DNA of 32,000 nucleotides from Candidatus Heimdallarchaeota archaeon B3_Heim (GCA_003144275.1 NJBF01000010.1:30001-62000), one strand, 5' to 3'. Shown: positions 7,890 through 17,500, counted from the first letter of the stretch. Numbers and translations are program-made. Notes: generated from the letters alone by a model not told the origin.

Positions 7890-8801
7890 GTGGTCAAACA
7901 AATAGGTATCCTAAGTAGAAATAAAGACTATTTCCCAACAACACGATTACTTAAGGATATCAACCAAAGAAATGATATCTCTGGTGTTTTTCTATCAACA
8001 CAATATGTTTTTCCATTAATTAGTTCTTCAGGTGCTGATGCTCGATTTGCGAACCAATCCTTACTCCCACTCTTGGGGATTGTTCCACGTATTGGAAGAT
8101 CTCAAACAGATTTGGGTATATTATGTTTGAAGCATTTTGAATTAATGAATATTCCAAGTACTCTTTCAGCAGAGGCTCTTTTTCTTTCACGAGATAAGTT
8201 TCGCTGCTATCAGGCGTTATCAAAGATAAAAGGTGTACAATTACCTAGAACTATATTAATTAATAACTCATTTCAGGCCGACCAGTTGTTAAAAGCTTTT
8301 AAATTTCCAGTGGTCATAAAACTACCTGACGCGACCCGAGGAAGTGGAAGTATGTTAGCGCCTAATCCAAAAACAGCAGAAGAGATCATTGAATCACTAT
8401 TTATGCGATCTTCTGAACCAATTATGATCCAAGAATATCTTCGATCTGGGCCTCTACATACATCTCCTCCGTCTGCGGATATCCGAGTAATCTACATAGG
8501 AAAGGAGATCATTGGCAGCATGAAACGAATAGCCCCAACTGGAGAATGGCGAACAAATTTTGCCCTTGGAGCTAATTGTGAAGCATATCAGTTGTTGGCT
8601 GAAGACGAAGAGCTAGTACATCAAATAGCAGAAAGAATTGGAATTGAAGTAGCTGGAATAGATCTTTTTCCTACCCAAAATGGGTTTTACATCCTTGAGG
8701 TAAACGCCTGTCCAGGATGGAAAGCATTTGAAATGGCCAATCCCAAGATAAACGTTGCTCAAAAAATAATTGATTATCTACTGAGAAAAATACGTCGGTA
8801 G
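7890..8801 (+). CDS. RimK-family ATP-grasp ligase
   Basis: RDKFRCYQAL, FPVVIKLPDATRGSG, IQEY, DIRVIY, WRTNFALG, AGIDL, LEVNACPGW; GTG start. Confidence 0.88.
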   Translation: MVKQIGILSRNKDYFPTTRLLKDINQRNDISGVFLSTQYVFPLISSSGADARFANQSLLPLLGIVPRIGRSQTDLGILCLKHFELMNIPSTLSAEALFLSRDKFRCYQALSKIKGVQLPRTILINNSFQADQLLKAFKFPVVIKLPDATRGSGSMLAPNPKTAEEIIESLFMRSSEPIMIQEYLRSGPLHTSPPSADIRVIYIGKEIIGSMKRIAPTGEWRTNFALGANCEAYQLLAEDEELVHQIAERIGIEVAGIDLFPTQNGFYILEVNACPGWKAFEMANPKINVAQKIIDYLLRKIRR

Positions 8802-8899
8802 AGAGAAAACCTAATATATCCCACGGAGAAATTTTCTCAATCTTAGGAGTCATAATACTCAAATTTTGAAAATAATAACTGATTCCACTGAAAGGATTA

Positions 8900-9865
8900 A
8901 TGGTGAGCAGTACTAACGATTTTACCAAGCTAACAATAGCAAAAGAGGTACGAGGTCGACTTCAAGAAGAATTTCCCAGTTTAATGGCACTAGCTGCGAC
9001 TCCTCCTGCGGAAGTAATGAAACGCTGTGAAGTAAGTAAGTCTTCCGCGGAACGGGCTGTCAATCAAGCTCGAAAAATCATCGGGATGAATCAACCGACT
9101 ACCGCAGCATCATTATTAAAGAAAGAGTTAGATAGACCAAGAATTACGACCTCTTCACAGTCTCTAGATGATATATTGGGAGGAGGTATAACAGTAGGAT
9201 CCATAACGGAGTTTAGTGGGGCATTTGCGACAGGAAAAACTCAGATATCATTCCAGTTATGTTTAAACGTTCAAAGATCAGTGGAGGATGGCGGGTTAGC
9301 AGGAAAAGCATTATTTTTAGATACTGAAAACACTTTTGCACCAGCTCGAGTAGCAGAGATGGCATATTCCTACACAGATGATCCAAGTGAATATTTACAG
9401 AATATCTTAGTGAGTCGAGCCTATAATACAGATCATCAGATACAGCTCATAGATAAGGCAGACAAAATACTTGAGAAGAATAATATACGACTAATAATAA
9501 TTGATTCTATGGCCTCACATTTTCGTGCTGAATTTCCCGGTAAAGAGAATCTTCCACGGCGTCAACAGACACTAATGGCCCATGCAGAAACCCTCCAAAG
9601 ATTAGCTGAATCATACAATTTGGCTATAATCACAACTAATCAAATCCTCAGTAATCCTGATAATTTATTTTCGGGGGCGAATAATTTAGAACCTGCATTG
9701 GGATTCGCTTGGGGTCATAGACCAACTCATAGAATTTTGTTACGAAAATCACGAGGGACGGCACGTATTGCACGAATATTTGATTCTCCCGAACTGGCAG
9801 AACGAGAAGCAGTATACCATATTACACCTCAAGGTATACGTGATGGCCCTCCTCTTGATTACTAA
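8900..9865 (+). CDS. radA: RadA/Rad51-family recombinase, probably a divergent paralogue
   Basis: N-terminal HhH-like domain, LDDILGGG, Walker A GAFATGKT, DTENTF, Walker B LIIIDS, RQQ, TNQ, RIARIFDSPELAEREA. Confidence 0.85.
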   Translation: MVSSTNDFTKLTIAKEVRGRLQEEFPSLMALAATPPAEVMKRCEVSKSSAERAVNQARKIIGMNQPTTAASLLKKELDRPRITTSSQSLDDILGGGITVGSITEFSGAFATGKTQISFQLCLNVQRSVEDGGLAGKALFLDTENTFAPARVAEMAYSYTDDPSEYLQNILVSRAYNTDHQIQLIDKADKILEKNNIRLIIIDSMASHFRAEFPGKENLPRRQQTLMAHAETLQRLAESYNLAIITTNQILSNPDNLFSGANNLEPALGFAWGHRPTHRILLRKSRGTARIARIFDSPELAEREAVYHITPQGIRDGPPLDY

Positions 9866-9998
9866 CATCGGTATATTCTTATTTCATAAAAAGAGAAAGC
9901 CGTAACTGTCTCGAATACTCATTTGAGAAAATTAAGACGGTTTTTCCGTAACCTAGTCAATAAAATAAAAATGACAAACAGATAACTGAGGCACAAGA

Positions 9999-10769
9999 TT
10001 GAACAAATCAAATGGAAATTCTTTCAGCTACTTTCATAAGGTAGCAGAAGTAAAAATAAAGTCCCCTACTGTCGTTATCCAAGGGTTACCTGGCATGGGG
10101 CTAATTGGGAAGATTGCCGCTAATTTCTTAATCGATCAGTATGATGGTGTTGAAATAGCCCGAATATACAGTTCATTTTTCCCCCCCGTTGTCCAAATTG
10201 ACAATGAACAGGGGATTGGTCAATTAGCTCGTATGGAAATTTATGCCATAACCAAATCGACTCCGAACTTATTAATTTTGACAGGAGATGCACAACCTCA
10301 CGATATAGGTATTATTCAAGTACTAAACGAAGTACTTGATTTCGTCATTGAACTGAAAGCTGAAACGGTTGTGTGTTTAGGTGGATTAAGGGCATTGGAA
10401 GAAGGACCAGAAGTTGCTGCATTCGGATATAATGAAGAAACTATGAAATGGTTAGAGGAGTATGATATCACTCCATTAAAGGGAGGAGAAATAACAGGAG
10501 CGGTTGGTGTATTCTCGGCCTTAGCAGCTGAAAAAGGGTTACGAAGTTTCGGATTACTTGGAAAATTAACGCTTGTCGGTACTGACCCGTTAGCCAGCAA
10601 AAATCTGTTGAAACACTTAGCAAAACTCTTCTCACTGGATTATAAGTATGAAGATTTGGATGGAATCATAGAGGAAGCCGTTCAGAAAAATGACTTACTT
10701 CACAAAGCTGAGGAAGCAGAAAGCTCATCAGAGGATGAAAGCTCCCGAGGACCAAGTTATTACATTTAA
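9999..10769 (+). CDS. PAC2-family proteasome assembly chaperone/activator
   Basis: QGLPGMGLIGKIAANFLI, LILTGDAQP, VVCLGG, GEITGAVG, DPLASKNLL; C-terminus YYI. Confidence 0.85.
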   Translation: MNKSNGNSFSYFHKVAEVKIKSPTVVIQGLPGMGLIGKIAANFLIDQYDGVEIARIYSSFFPPVVQIDNEQGIGQLARMEIYAITKSTPNLLILTGDAQPHDIGIIQVLNEVLDFVIELKAETVVCLGGLRALEEGPEVAAFGYNEETMKWLEEYDITPLKGGEITGAVGVFSALAAEKGLRSFGLLGKLTLVGTDPLASKNLLKHLAKLFSLDYKYEDLDGIIEEAVQKNDLLHKAEEAESSSEDESSRGPSYYI

Positions 10770-10770
10770 T

Positions 10771-12069
10771 TCAATGAGAGAATAAATTATTCCTTTCAGC
10801 GAATTGTAACCGTCGTCGAAATAGCGCGGTAATAAAAAAAGATGCAATCATCAGTGATAGCATAAATAGTAATCCACCAACTGGGGACTGGAACATATCA
10901 AGTAATGCACCAAAGACTGTGGGAGAAATAGAGCTAATAACAAGCCCTAGGGAAAAAACAATTGAATAAAAAAAGGTTCTATCTTTCGCAGGAACTAAAT
11001 CAGCCTGTAATGCTTGTAAAGTGCCTCCAGCCAAATAAAAACCAACAGCAAAGGTAGAAAATCCGAAAATAATAACCAAAATCTCCGAAAAACCTAGAGT
11101 AATTATAATTAGTCCCATGATCGCAATACTAGAGATTAGTGCGGAAATAAGTATTATCCGCGTTCTTCCACGCGGACCCAATCGATCTGACTTGACAGCA
11201 CCATAGATATCAGAGATAGATCCAAATAAAAGGATCAAGCTTGTTAAGACTCCTGCAAAGAAAGCATCCACAGAATAGAAATTTTTCAGTAGGGTCGTTG
11301 TAAAATAGCTAATTGATCGGTAAACTCCTCCTCGTAAAGCGCTAATTAAAATAATGAGTGCTAAACTAGTTAAAATCCAGTTTCGATGGGGAGAAGATCG
11401 AATTGAAAGGTTGTTTGATACATTAGTTACCAGTTTCTTCTCTTCCTTCGCTATTACTAAAGATTCAAAACGAGAAACCAGATTTTGAAGAAAAAGCCAT
11501 AACATAAGGAATATTACAAGAAGTATACAAAATACTCCAAGGAAGAAAAAGGTTAAACGCCATGTGAACACAAAAATGGCTAGGGTTAGGGTACTGAAAG
11601 GACTCACAGCAGTTCCAATGACACCTGCTGCATGGTTGATAGCCATAGCTTTTCCACGATTGTGTTCTGAGAAAGAATTCGCACAAACGCCTAATCCTAC
11701 AGGATGATAAGTTGTACAACCAAGACCAAGAATAATATTTCCAATAAATAATCCAAAAAAGTCATTGGCTGTCGTGATACTAAAACAGGAAACAGCAAAA
11801 AGAAGGACTCCCATAAGGACAATGAAAAATCCTGTGACTGGTTTTTTACCTAAATAACCAATTAATGGGGAGGTAAAGGCCATGATTAAAGAAGGAAGAG
11901 AACCTAAGATACCCATTTCAAGATAATTGAGAGGAATGTCATCAATAATGAGAATAAGTAAAGCTGGAAAGGCATACAATAGCACATGATGAATAAAATG
12001 AGAGATTGACATAAATCCTAGCAATTGGTGCCGAATATTCAAAGCCAAAACAGATACCTCTGGTATCAC
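10771..12069 (-). CDS. MFS transporter
   Basis: About 12 hydrophobic segments; GCTTYHPVG, RGKAMAINHAAGVIG, SDRLGPRG motifs. Confidence 0.85.
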   Translation of the reverse strand: MIPEVSVLALNIRHQLLGFMSISHFIHHVLLYAFPALLILIIDDIPLNYLEMGILGSLPSLIMAFTSPLIGYLGKKPVTGFFIVLMGVLLFAVSCFSITTANDFFGLFIGNIILGLGCTTYHPVGLGVCANSFSEHNRGKAMAINHAAGVIGTAVSPFSTLTLAIFVFTWRLTFFFLGVFCILLVIFLMLWLFLQNLVSRFESLVIAKEEKKLVTNVSNNLSIRSSPHRNWILTSLALIILISALRGGVYRSISYFTTTLLKNFYSVDAFFAGVLTSLILLFGSISDIYGAVKSDRLGPRGRTRIILISALISSIAIMGLIIITLGFSEILVIIFGFSTFAVGFYLAGGTLQALQADLVPAKDRTFFYSIVFSLGLVISSISPTVFGALLDMFQSPVGGLLFMLSLMIASFFITALFRRRLQFAERNNLFSH

Positions 12070-12085
12070 AAGGAAAAAAGGATTC

Positions 12086-12688
12086 TTAATTTTTCTTTCG
12101 GATTTTTACTAGTTTGATCCCCACACCAAGAAGAACACCACACAAAAGGACAATAGACAGAAGAATTAAAGTCCATGAAAATGCATGTTCAAATGCAAAC
12201 CGAAGAATAGCCCAAGGTAGACAAATAAAAGCGGCAAATAATTCAATTATTAGAATACGTAAGCCCCATTTCTGCCAAAACCAGACACGGTCTAGTGTGC
12301 CGCTTTTTCCTTCAAGAACTTTCATGTGGGATAATCCTGCTTGGATATAGCATGCATAGGAAAACATAGCAAGAAGAAACAAGAGAATAAAAATTATGAT
12401 CATATAAGAATAATGACTTGGCCAGTAATCTGTAATAATTGAATCGGGTAACCATTGACGAATCGTATCAACGAAACCAAACTGATCTCCAATTGGTTCA
12501 TCTAAAAAATTATACTGATTGGAACCAATTCTTTCAGCATTTACTGAAACCAGAAAAATTGAAGCTGTTAAGAAAAATCCTGCTAAAATAGCAGCTGCGG
12601 TAGAGAAATGGCCGAGTAAATCCAAAGCGGATTCTTTAACTATCAATCCTTCATCATAGGCTTTCTTGCGGTCATCATCAGACATCAA
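12086..12688 (-). CDS. Hypothetical membrane protein (about 4 TM)
   Basis: 200 aa ORF with four hydrophobic stretches and upstream GGTGA RBS; no family recognised. Confidence 0.65.
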   Translation of the reverse strand: MMSDDDRKKAYDEGLIVKESALDLLGHFSTAAAILAGFFLTASIFLVSVNAERIGSNQYNFLDEPIGDQFGFVDTIRQWLPDSIITDYWPSHYSYMIIIFILLFLLAMFSYACYIQAGLSHMKVLEGKSGTLDRVWFWQKWGLRILIIELFAAFICLPWAILRFAFEHAFSWTLILLSIVLLCGVLLGVGIKLVKIRKKN

Positions 12689-12772
12689 AATTAATCACCC
12701 AGAAATGAAATGAACTTACGAGTCATTAGACGATTATATTTTTTAACTCTTTGGCCACTAAATAGAGGGAAT

Positions 12773-14140
12773 TTAACTTATCTTGGATTCAAGATTTGGT
12801 TTAACAGGTTCATCAACAAAATAAAAGGCTAATCCACCAAGGATCCGTAACAACATCACTACAAGGACAAGAGTATAAATTGCTGGCCATTTACCAAGAA
12901 TAGGAATGAGAAATTCAGCGAGGACACCCATAGACAAAGATCCAAGGAACGTAGCAAGGCCCATAATGAGTTGATATGCACCCACATACTTACCTTTTGA
13001 GTCTTCAGGAGCAGAGTCAATGATATAAGCGGTTGTGGTGATGAAATACAACCCGTAACCAATTCCACCAATAAGGTTACCGATGGCCAATTCTACCCAA
13101 TTTCTCGCAAAGAACAGAACTAATGGTATTAAGAACATTATTTTACGTCCATTAAATCCAATTTTCTTGCCGTATTTGTCAATCAACTTTCCTCCAATAG
13201 ACAGGGAAAAGATTTGGAACGCCATATGCGTTGCCCAAAGAAAACTATATTGACTTGGAGTGGTATATCGCTCACGAATAAACCCAAAAATAGGCCAACC
13301 AGTCGACATACTGAAGTCCATGAAGGCACTAATTAATACAAAACGAGTAAAGGTGGGATTTTCTCGAAACGGAGCCAGAATGTTTTGAAAAGAAAATCTA
13401 GCCGCCATTCGATCCGAGATACCATTAGGTGGATTGTGAGAATGCAATTTGAGTTCAGAATTTCCATTGGGGTTTGTTTCTTGTAACCAGAAGAGAGAAA
13501 TTAGGCCAGCGGTAAGAAATCCAATGCCTCCAATGCGATAAATTATCTGATACTGAGACGCATAGTCTGTTGAAAGAAATGGAATAAGCCACCCTGAAAT
13601 AAGAAAGACTATCATGGTAAAAATAACGGTTATCGTTGTAATACGACCAATATAAGAACCTCTTGTTTCCTCATGAGATGAATCACCCAAGAATGCGATC
13701 CAAGAAGGGGTAAAGATACTGAAAGCCAACGAATAAATGATCATGGCAATCAGTAAGAAAATAGGATCAGTGATCATAGGAAAAAGAAAGCTCATGACGG
13801 CAGAAATTAAGAGACCTGTCACTAAAAATGGTTTTCTGCCATATTTATCACTTAAGTGACCAAAAGGTAATTGAACTGCTAACTGAATTAAATTTCTCAT
13901 ACTAGTGATGATTGAAAGAAGAATCGGGGAGGCCTGAATAAAAACCGCATAAATTTGGGAATAAGTAGACACGATAAAATGGCCAGTGTCTTTTCCAATG
14001 GCTATTCCATAGATAGCTCCCTTCTTATTCTTGATTGTCAATGGTTCATCAGAAATAACCTCTAAGGGAGGATTAATCGCAATATCTGTCACGGTCTTCT
14101 CGAAAAAACGAATTCTCAGTGAAAGGAAATAGATTGTCAC
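12773..14140 (-). CDS. MFS transporter
   Basis: GHLSDKYGRKPFL and GKLIDKYGKK motif-A-like loops, about 12 TM; true start probably slightly downstream of the GTG at 14140. Confidence 0.88.
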   Translation of the reverse strand: MTIYFLSLRIRFFEKTVTDIAINPPLEVISDEPLTIKNKKGAIYGIAIGKDTGHFIVSTYSQIYAVFIQASPILLSIITSMRNLIQLAVQLPFGHLSDKYGRKPFLVTGLLISAVMSFLFPMITDPIFLLIAMIIYSLAFSIFTPSWIAFLGDSSHEETRGSYIGRITTITVIFTMIVFLISGWLIPFLSTDYASQYQIIYRIGGIGFLTAGLISLFWLQETNPNGNSELKLHSHNPPNGISDRMAARFSFQNILAPFRENPTFTRFVLISAFMDFSMSTGWPIFGFIRERYTTPSQYSFLWATHMAFQIFSLSIGGKLIDKYGKKIGFNGRKIMFLIPLVLFFARNWVELAIGNLIGGIGYGLYFITTTAYIIDSAPEDSKGKYVGAYQLIMGLATFLGSLSMGVLAEFLIPILGKWPAIYTLVLVVMLLRILGGLAFYFVDEPVKPNLESKIS

Positions 14141-14162
14141 TAAGGAAGGAGAAGGAGAAGAA

Positions 14163-14180
14163 AGAGTCGAGATCGACTCT
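14163..14180. repeat. Perfect 8-bp inverted repeat AGAGTCGA-GA-TCGACTCT
   Basis: Read directly; lies just upstream of the minus-strand MFS gene and is followed by a T tract. Confidence 0.6.
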
Positions 14181-14397
14181 GTTTCTTACTTTTTTTTGTT
14201 CAAGCTCTCTGATAGAGAACTGAGAACTCGATGAAATTCAGAAGACTTTCTCTAGTAAAAAAAGAAATAAATTACAAAAATCACAATAAACTATACTGAA
14301 AAACGATTTACTTAATAAAGTCAGATGCAAAGTTTCAAACAAGGTGGGAAAGGGAAAATAGGGCACCCGGCACAGAAGAAATCGTATATAAGTCTTG

Positions 14398-14413
14398 CGA
14401 AAAGGTTTATAAA
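14398..14413 (+). promoter_or_regulatory. BRE/TATA promoter upstream of tfb
   Basis: CGAAAA-GG-TTTATAAA matches the archaeal BRE+TATA consensus. Confidence 0.65.
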
Positions 14414-14578
14414 GAAGGAAAAAGGCATTGTGTACAGTGGTGATTGAGGTCAGGCGCTCACCCTAGGTGGCAATTTATTTTCCCCGTGGTTTTAGCAAGA
14501 AAGAGAATATTCTCGCATTTATTTATTGCATTAAAGTGAGAGAGCCCTAACGTATAGAGCAGAGAATCCCAATACGGA

Positions 14579-15598
14579 ATGCTAACGCCTCGACCAGAAA
14601 ATCACAAGTTAGAGAAGGAACGTTCAGGAATGGCACTTATGAAAGAGGCAAAAGCAAAACCACAGAAAAAAGGCCAAGTAGAAGACGAGGAAGAAATCCT
14701 CGAATGTAAAAACTGTGGATCAACAGATATCGTAGCAGATGAAAATAGAGGCGAATTGATCTGTGAAAAATGCGGGTACGTACTGGAAACACGACTAATA
14801 GATGAAGGACCCGAATGGCGAGCATTTAATAGCGAAGAACGAGATAAACGAAGTCGAGTAGGATCGCCAAGCACATTTTCAGTACATGATAAAGGATTAT
14901 CAACCATTATAGGATATGAAAACCGAGATACATTCGGAAATAAACTAACCGCATCACGACGAGCACAAATCTACCGATTACGAAAATGGCAGATACGGAC
15001 AAGAGTCCATAGCTCCATGGATCGAAATCTGGCATTCGCAATGTCAGAAATGGATCGGCTAGCATCACAACTAGGCATCCCACGAAATGTGAAAGAAACA
15101 TCCGCGATCATCTATCGAAAAGCCATAGAGAAACGGTTGGTGCGCGGACGCTCCATAGAAGCTATGGTGGCAGCAACGATCTACGCATCCGCACGGGTAC
15201 GACGAGTCCCCAGAACACTCGATGAAATCGCAAAAGAATCACGGATCACGAAAAAAGAACTGGGACGCTGTTATCGACTCTTATTACGCGAACTATACTT
15301 AAATATCCCGTTAGCCAGCCCAATAGACTATTTGGTGCGCTTTGGAACAGAACTAAGACTCTCAGGAGTATGTCAACGAAAAGCCGCAGAAATCCTAAAA
15401 CGCGCGAAAGCCGGGGGATTGACAGCAGGGAAAGACCCAACCGGCCTAGCCGCCGCCGCAATCTATATCAGCGGAATAATCAACGGAGAACGACGGACAC
15501 AACGGGAAATAAGTGAAGTTGCGCACGTTACCGAAGTTACAGTGAGAAATCGCTACAAAGAGCTTGTGCGTAAGCTTAGTATTGAGATTACCGTCTAG
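14579..15598 (+). CDS. tfb: Transcription initiation factor IIB (TFB)
   Basis: Zn ribbon CKNC...CEKC, B-reader GPEWRAF, HDKGLST, two cyclin folds, GKDPTGLAAAAIY, VTEVTVRNRYKEL; true start may be ATG 14630 or 14639. Confidence 0.97.
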   Translation: MLTPRPENHKLEKERSGMALMKEAKAKPQKKGQVEDEEEILECKNCGSTDIVADENRGELICEKCGYVLETRLIDEGPEWRAFNSEERDKRSRVGSPSTFSVHDKGLSTIIGYENRDTFGNKLTASRRAQIYRLRKWQIRTRVHSSMDRNLAFAMSEMDRLASQLGIPRNVKETSAIIYRKAIEKRLVRGRSIEAMVAATIYASARVRRVPRTLDEIAKESRITKKELGRCYRLLLRELYLNIPLASPIDYLVRFGTELRLSGVCQRKAAEILKRAKAGGLTAGKDPTGLAAAAIYISGIINGERRTQREISEVAHVTEVTVRNRYKELVRKLSIEITV

Positions 15599-15610
15599 AC
15601 GGTATCTCCA

Positions 15611-15627
15611 TTCTTTTTTATCTTTTT
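15611..15627 (+). terminator. Oligo-T terminator after tfb
   Basis: TTCTTTTTTATCTTTTT 13 nt after the stop codon. Confidence 0.5.
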
Positions 15628-15811
15628 CGGGGAGTTCGAACTACTTACGGATGATTTAATAGTAGTCCATTTTTTTTTGTCATTAGTAATTCTAAATATC
15701 AAGGGTTTCTAACACCCTCCGTATCGAGTCTTCTTGACTGGAGACAATGAAAACGCAAAAACGTTATAATCTAGAGGAATTTCATAAAATGAGCTATGGA
15801 GGATTTCAAAT

Positions 15812-16696
15812 ATGACTGCAATTAGAGAGCCAGGCAAAATAAATCCAGACACTACGTTAATCGATTTTGGCTTTTCAGATGTTCTTGGGGTTGGAGGAGT
15901 TTATCTGATTGAATCAGGAAAATCATGTTTAATTGATAGTGGGACTACAACTGGAGCTCCACGTATCATTAAGAAGTTAAAAGAACTAAATGCCTTTCCG
16001 CCTGATTACATCCTATTAACTCACTCTCATTGGGATCATTGTCAAGGTGTTCCTTTATTAAGGGAAAAAGCTATGAAAGAGCAAAAATCCGTACAGGTGC
16101 TAGCCTCTGAGGTAGCTATTCCTTTACTAGCTGATCAATCCTTTAATGAAGTATTTCATGCAAAAGAGAGGTTTCAGAATATTCAAGATGTAGGTTCCTT
16201 AAAAGAAGGGGATACAGTAGATCTCGACGGAATTTTACTGAAGATATACAGCACACCTGGGCATTCAAAAGATCAAATTTCTATCCTTGACGAGAAAAAT
16301 AAAAATCTCTTTGTCGGTGATACCTTTGGTATGAAAGTAGCTAATAATGCTTTTCTGTCCTCAATTATGCCTCCTTTTTGTAATAAAGATGATTTCACTT
16401 CTACCATTCAAAAACTAAAACAAATTGATTATGACAGCATTAGTTTAGCCCACTTTGGTTTAATTTATGATAATGAAGCTAGGAGTATATTAGATGAGGC
16501 ACAGACGATTTTTAACCAGACTTGGCAAATTTTCGAAACAGCGGAACAAAATAACCAACTAGATGATATGAAATATGTTTATCAGTTAATTATGCAAGAG
16601 ATAAAACCCACCATACCTGAATTTGAGTTACAGAAAACCTCTATGCGAATAATACTAAAGGGAATTAATGGTTTTAGGCGAATTGTCAGGAAATAA
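15812..16696 (+). CDS. MBL-fold metallo-hydrolase (frame continues past TAA to 16780)
   Basis: LIDSG, THSHWDH, TPGHS, FVGD, LAHFG metal-binding motifs. Confidence 0.88.
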   Translation: MTAIREPGKINPDTTLIDFGFSDVLGVGGVYLIESGKSCLIDSGTTTGAPRIIKKLKELNAFPPDYILLTHSHWDHCQGVPLLREKAMKEQKSVQVLASEVAIPLLADQSFNEVFHAKERFQNIQDVGSLKEGDTVDLDGILLKIYSTPGHSKDQISILDEKNKNLFVGDTFGMKVANNAFLSSIMPPFCNKDDFTSTIQKLKQIDYDSISLAHFGLIYDNEARSILDEAQTIFNQTWQIFETAEQNNQLDDMKYVYQLIMQEIKPTIPEFELQKTSMRIILKGINGFRRIVRK

Positions 16697-16891
16697 CCGA
16701 TTTCCACCGCGACTATAATGATGAAAGAGGTTCTGGGATGGCAGGTGGACGGATATAAAATTGCTAATGGTATTATTTGAGCCTTTCATTCCATCGTCTT
16801 TTCTACAGAAGACCAGGTAATATTACGTGCAGGAATCATTTCTTTTTTGAACTCATTAGGAATCTTCATATCATCGTCAGGTGATTTATGA

Positions 16892-17500
16892 ATGTATTTT
16901 TCTAATAAACTCGGAAATCGGGAGGTTCTTGGATTTTTACTCTTTTTTGGTCCACTCCAGTTTATCATAACAGTGTTAATTGCAGAAGGAATTGCAGATT
17001 CTTATAATTCTAGTCTTTATTATGTTAGTTCATTAGGTGTGGGTACAACAGCATTCCTTTTCAATACTACTGTGCTTATCCTCGGATTATGTGTCCTTTT
17101 AGGCACATATTTTTTCTACAAAGAATATGCAGTACGAGTACCCACCCTTTTCCTTTTACTCACCGCCATTTGTGCCATCGGAGTTGGTATCTTTCCTGAA
17201 GACAGTCCTCCTTTTCACGGAATTTTCACAGGCTTTGTATTTTTATTTGCTGCGATTTTTCTAATTTCTTCAATTAAGATAGACCAATCGTTCACTCTTG
17301 TTTCCATGACAATTTTAGGAGGAGTTATTCTCAGCGCAAGTATACTCTTTCTTCCCTATCTTGGTTTGGAGGTGGAAGATCCTCAAACATTTTTAGGTTT
17401 TATGAAGGGTACACTGGAACGCTTTATTATATATCCCACCTTATCAGGCTTTCTTGTCCTCAGTGGGTATCTAAGTAGAAAGACAGAAGCTAATGGATAA
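16892..17500 (+). CDS. DUF998-like membrane protein
   Basis: YYVSSLGV, VGIFPED, HGIF, GTLERFIIYP; five hydrophobic segments; AGGTGA RBS. Confidence 0.75.
   Translation: MYFSNKLGNREVLGFLLFFGPLQFIITVLIAEGIADSYNSSLYYVSSLGVGTTAFLFNTTVLILGLCVLLGTYFFYKEYAVRVPTLFLLLTAICAIGVGIFPEDSPPFHGIFTGFVFLFAAIFLISSIKIDQSFTLVSMTILGGVILSASILFLPYLGLEVEDPQTFLGFMKGTLERFIIYPTLSGFLVLSGYLSRKTEANG

Noticed and set aside
14602-15461. Four minus-strand ORFs inside tfb
   Set aside because: Expected by-product of the low T content on the plus strand, which removes antisense stop codons; the translations are low-complexity.
14630-15515. Diversity-generating retroelement signature (loss of A on the minus strand of tfb)
   Set aside because: Changes are confined to synonymous sites of a conserved protein, and no reverse transcriptase or template/variable repeat pair is seen.
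218-15598. Genome-wide TAG or TAA reassignment
   Set aside because: Vps4 (KFGG-TAG), TFB (IEITV-TAG), Vps28 and RpoN (TAA) end at family-typical C-termini, so both codons act as stops.
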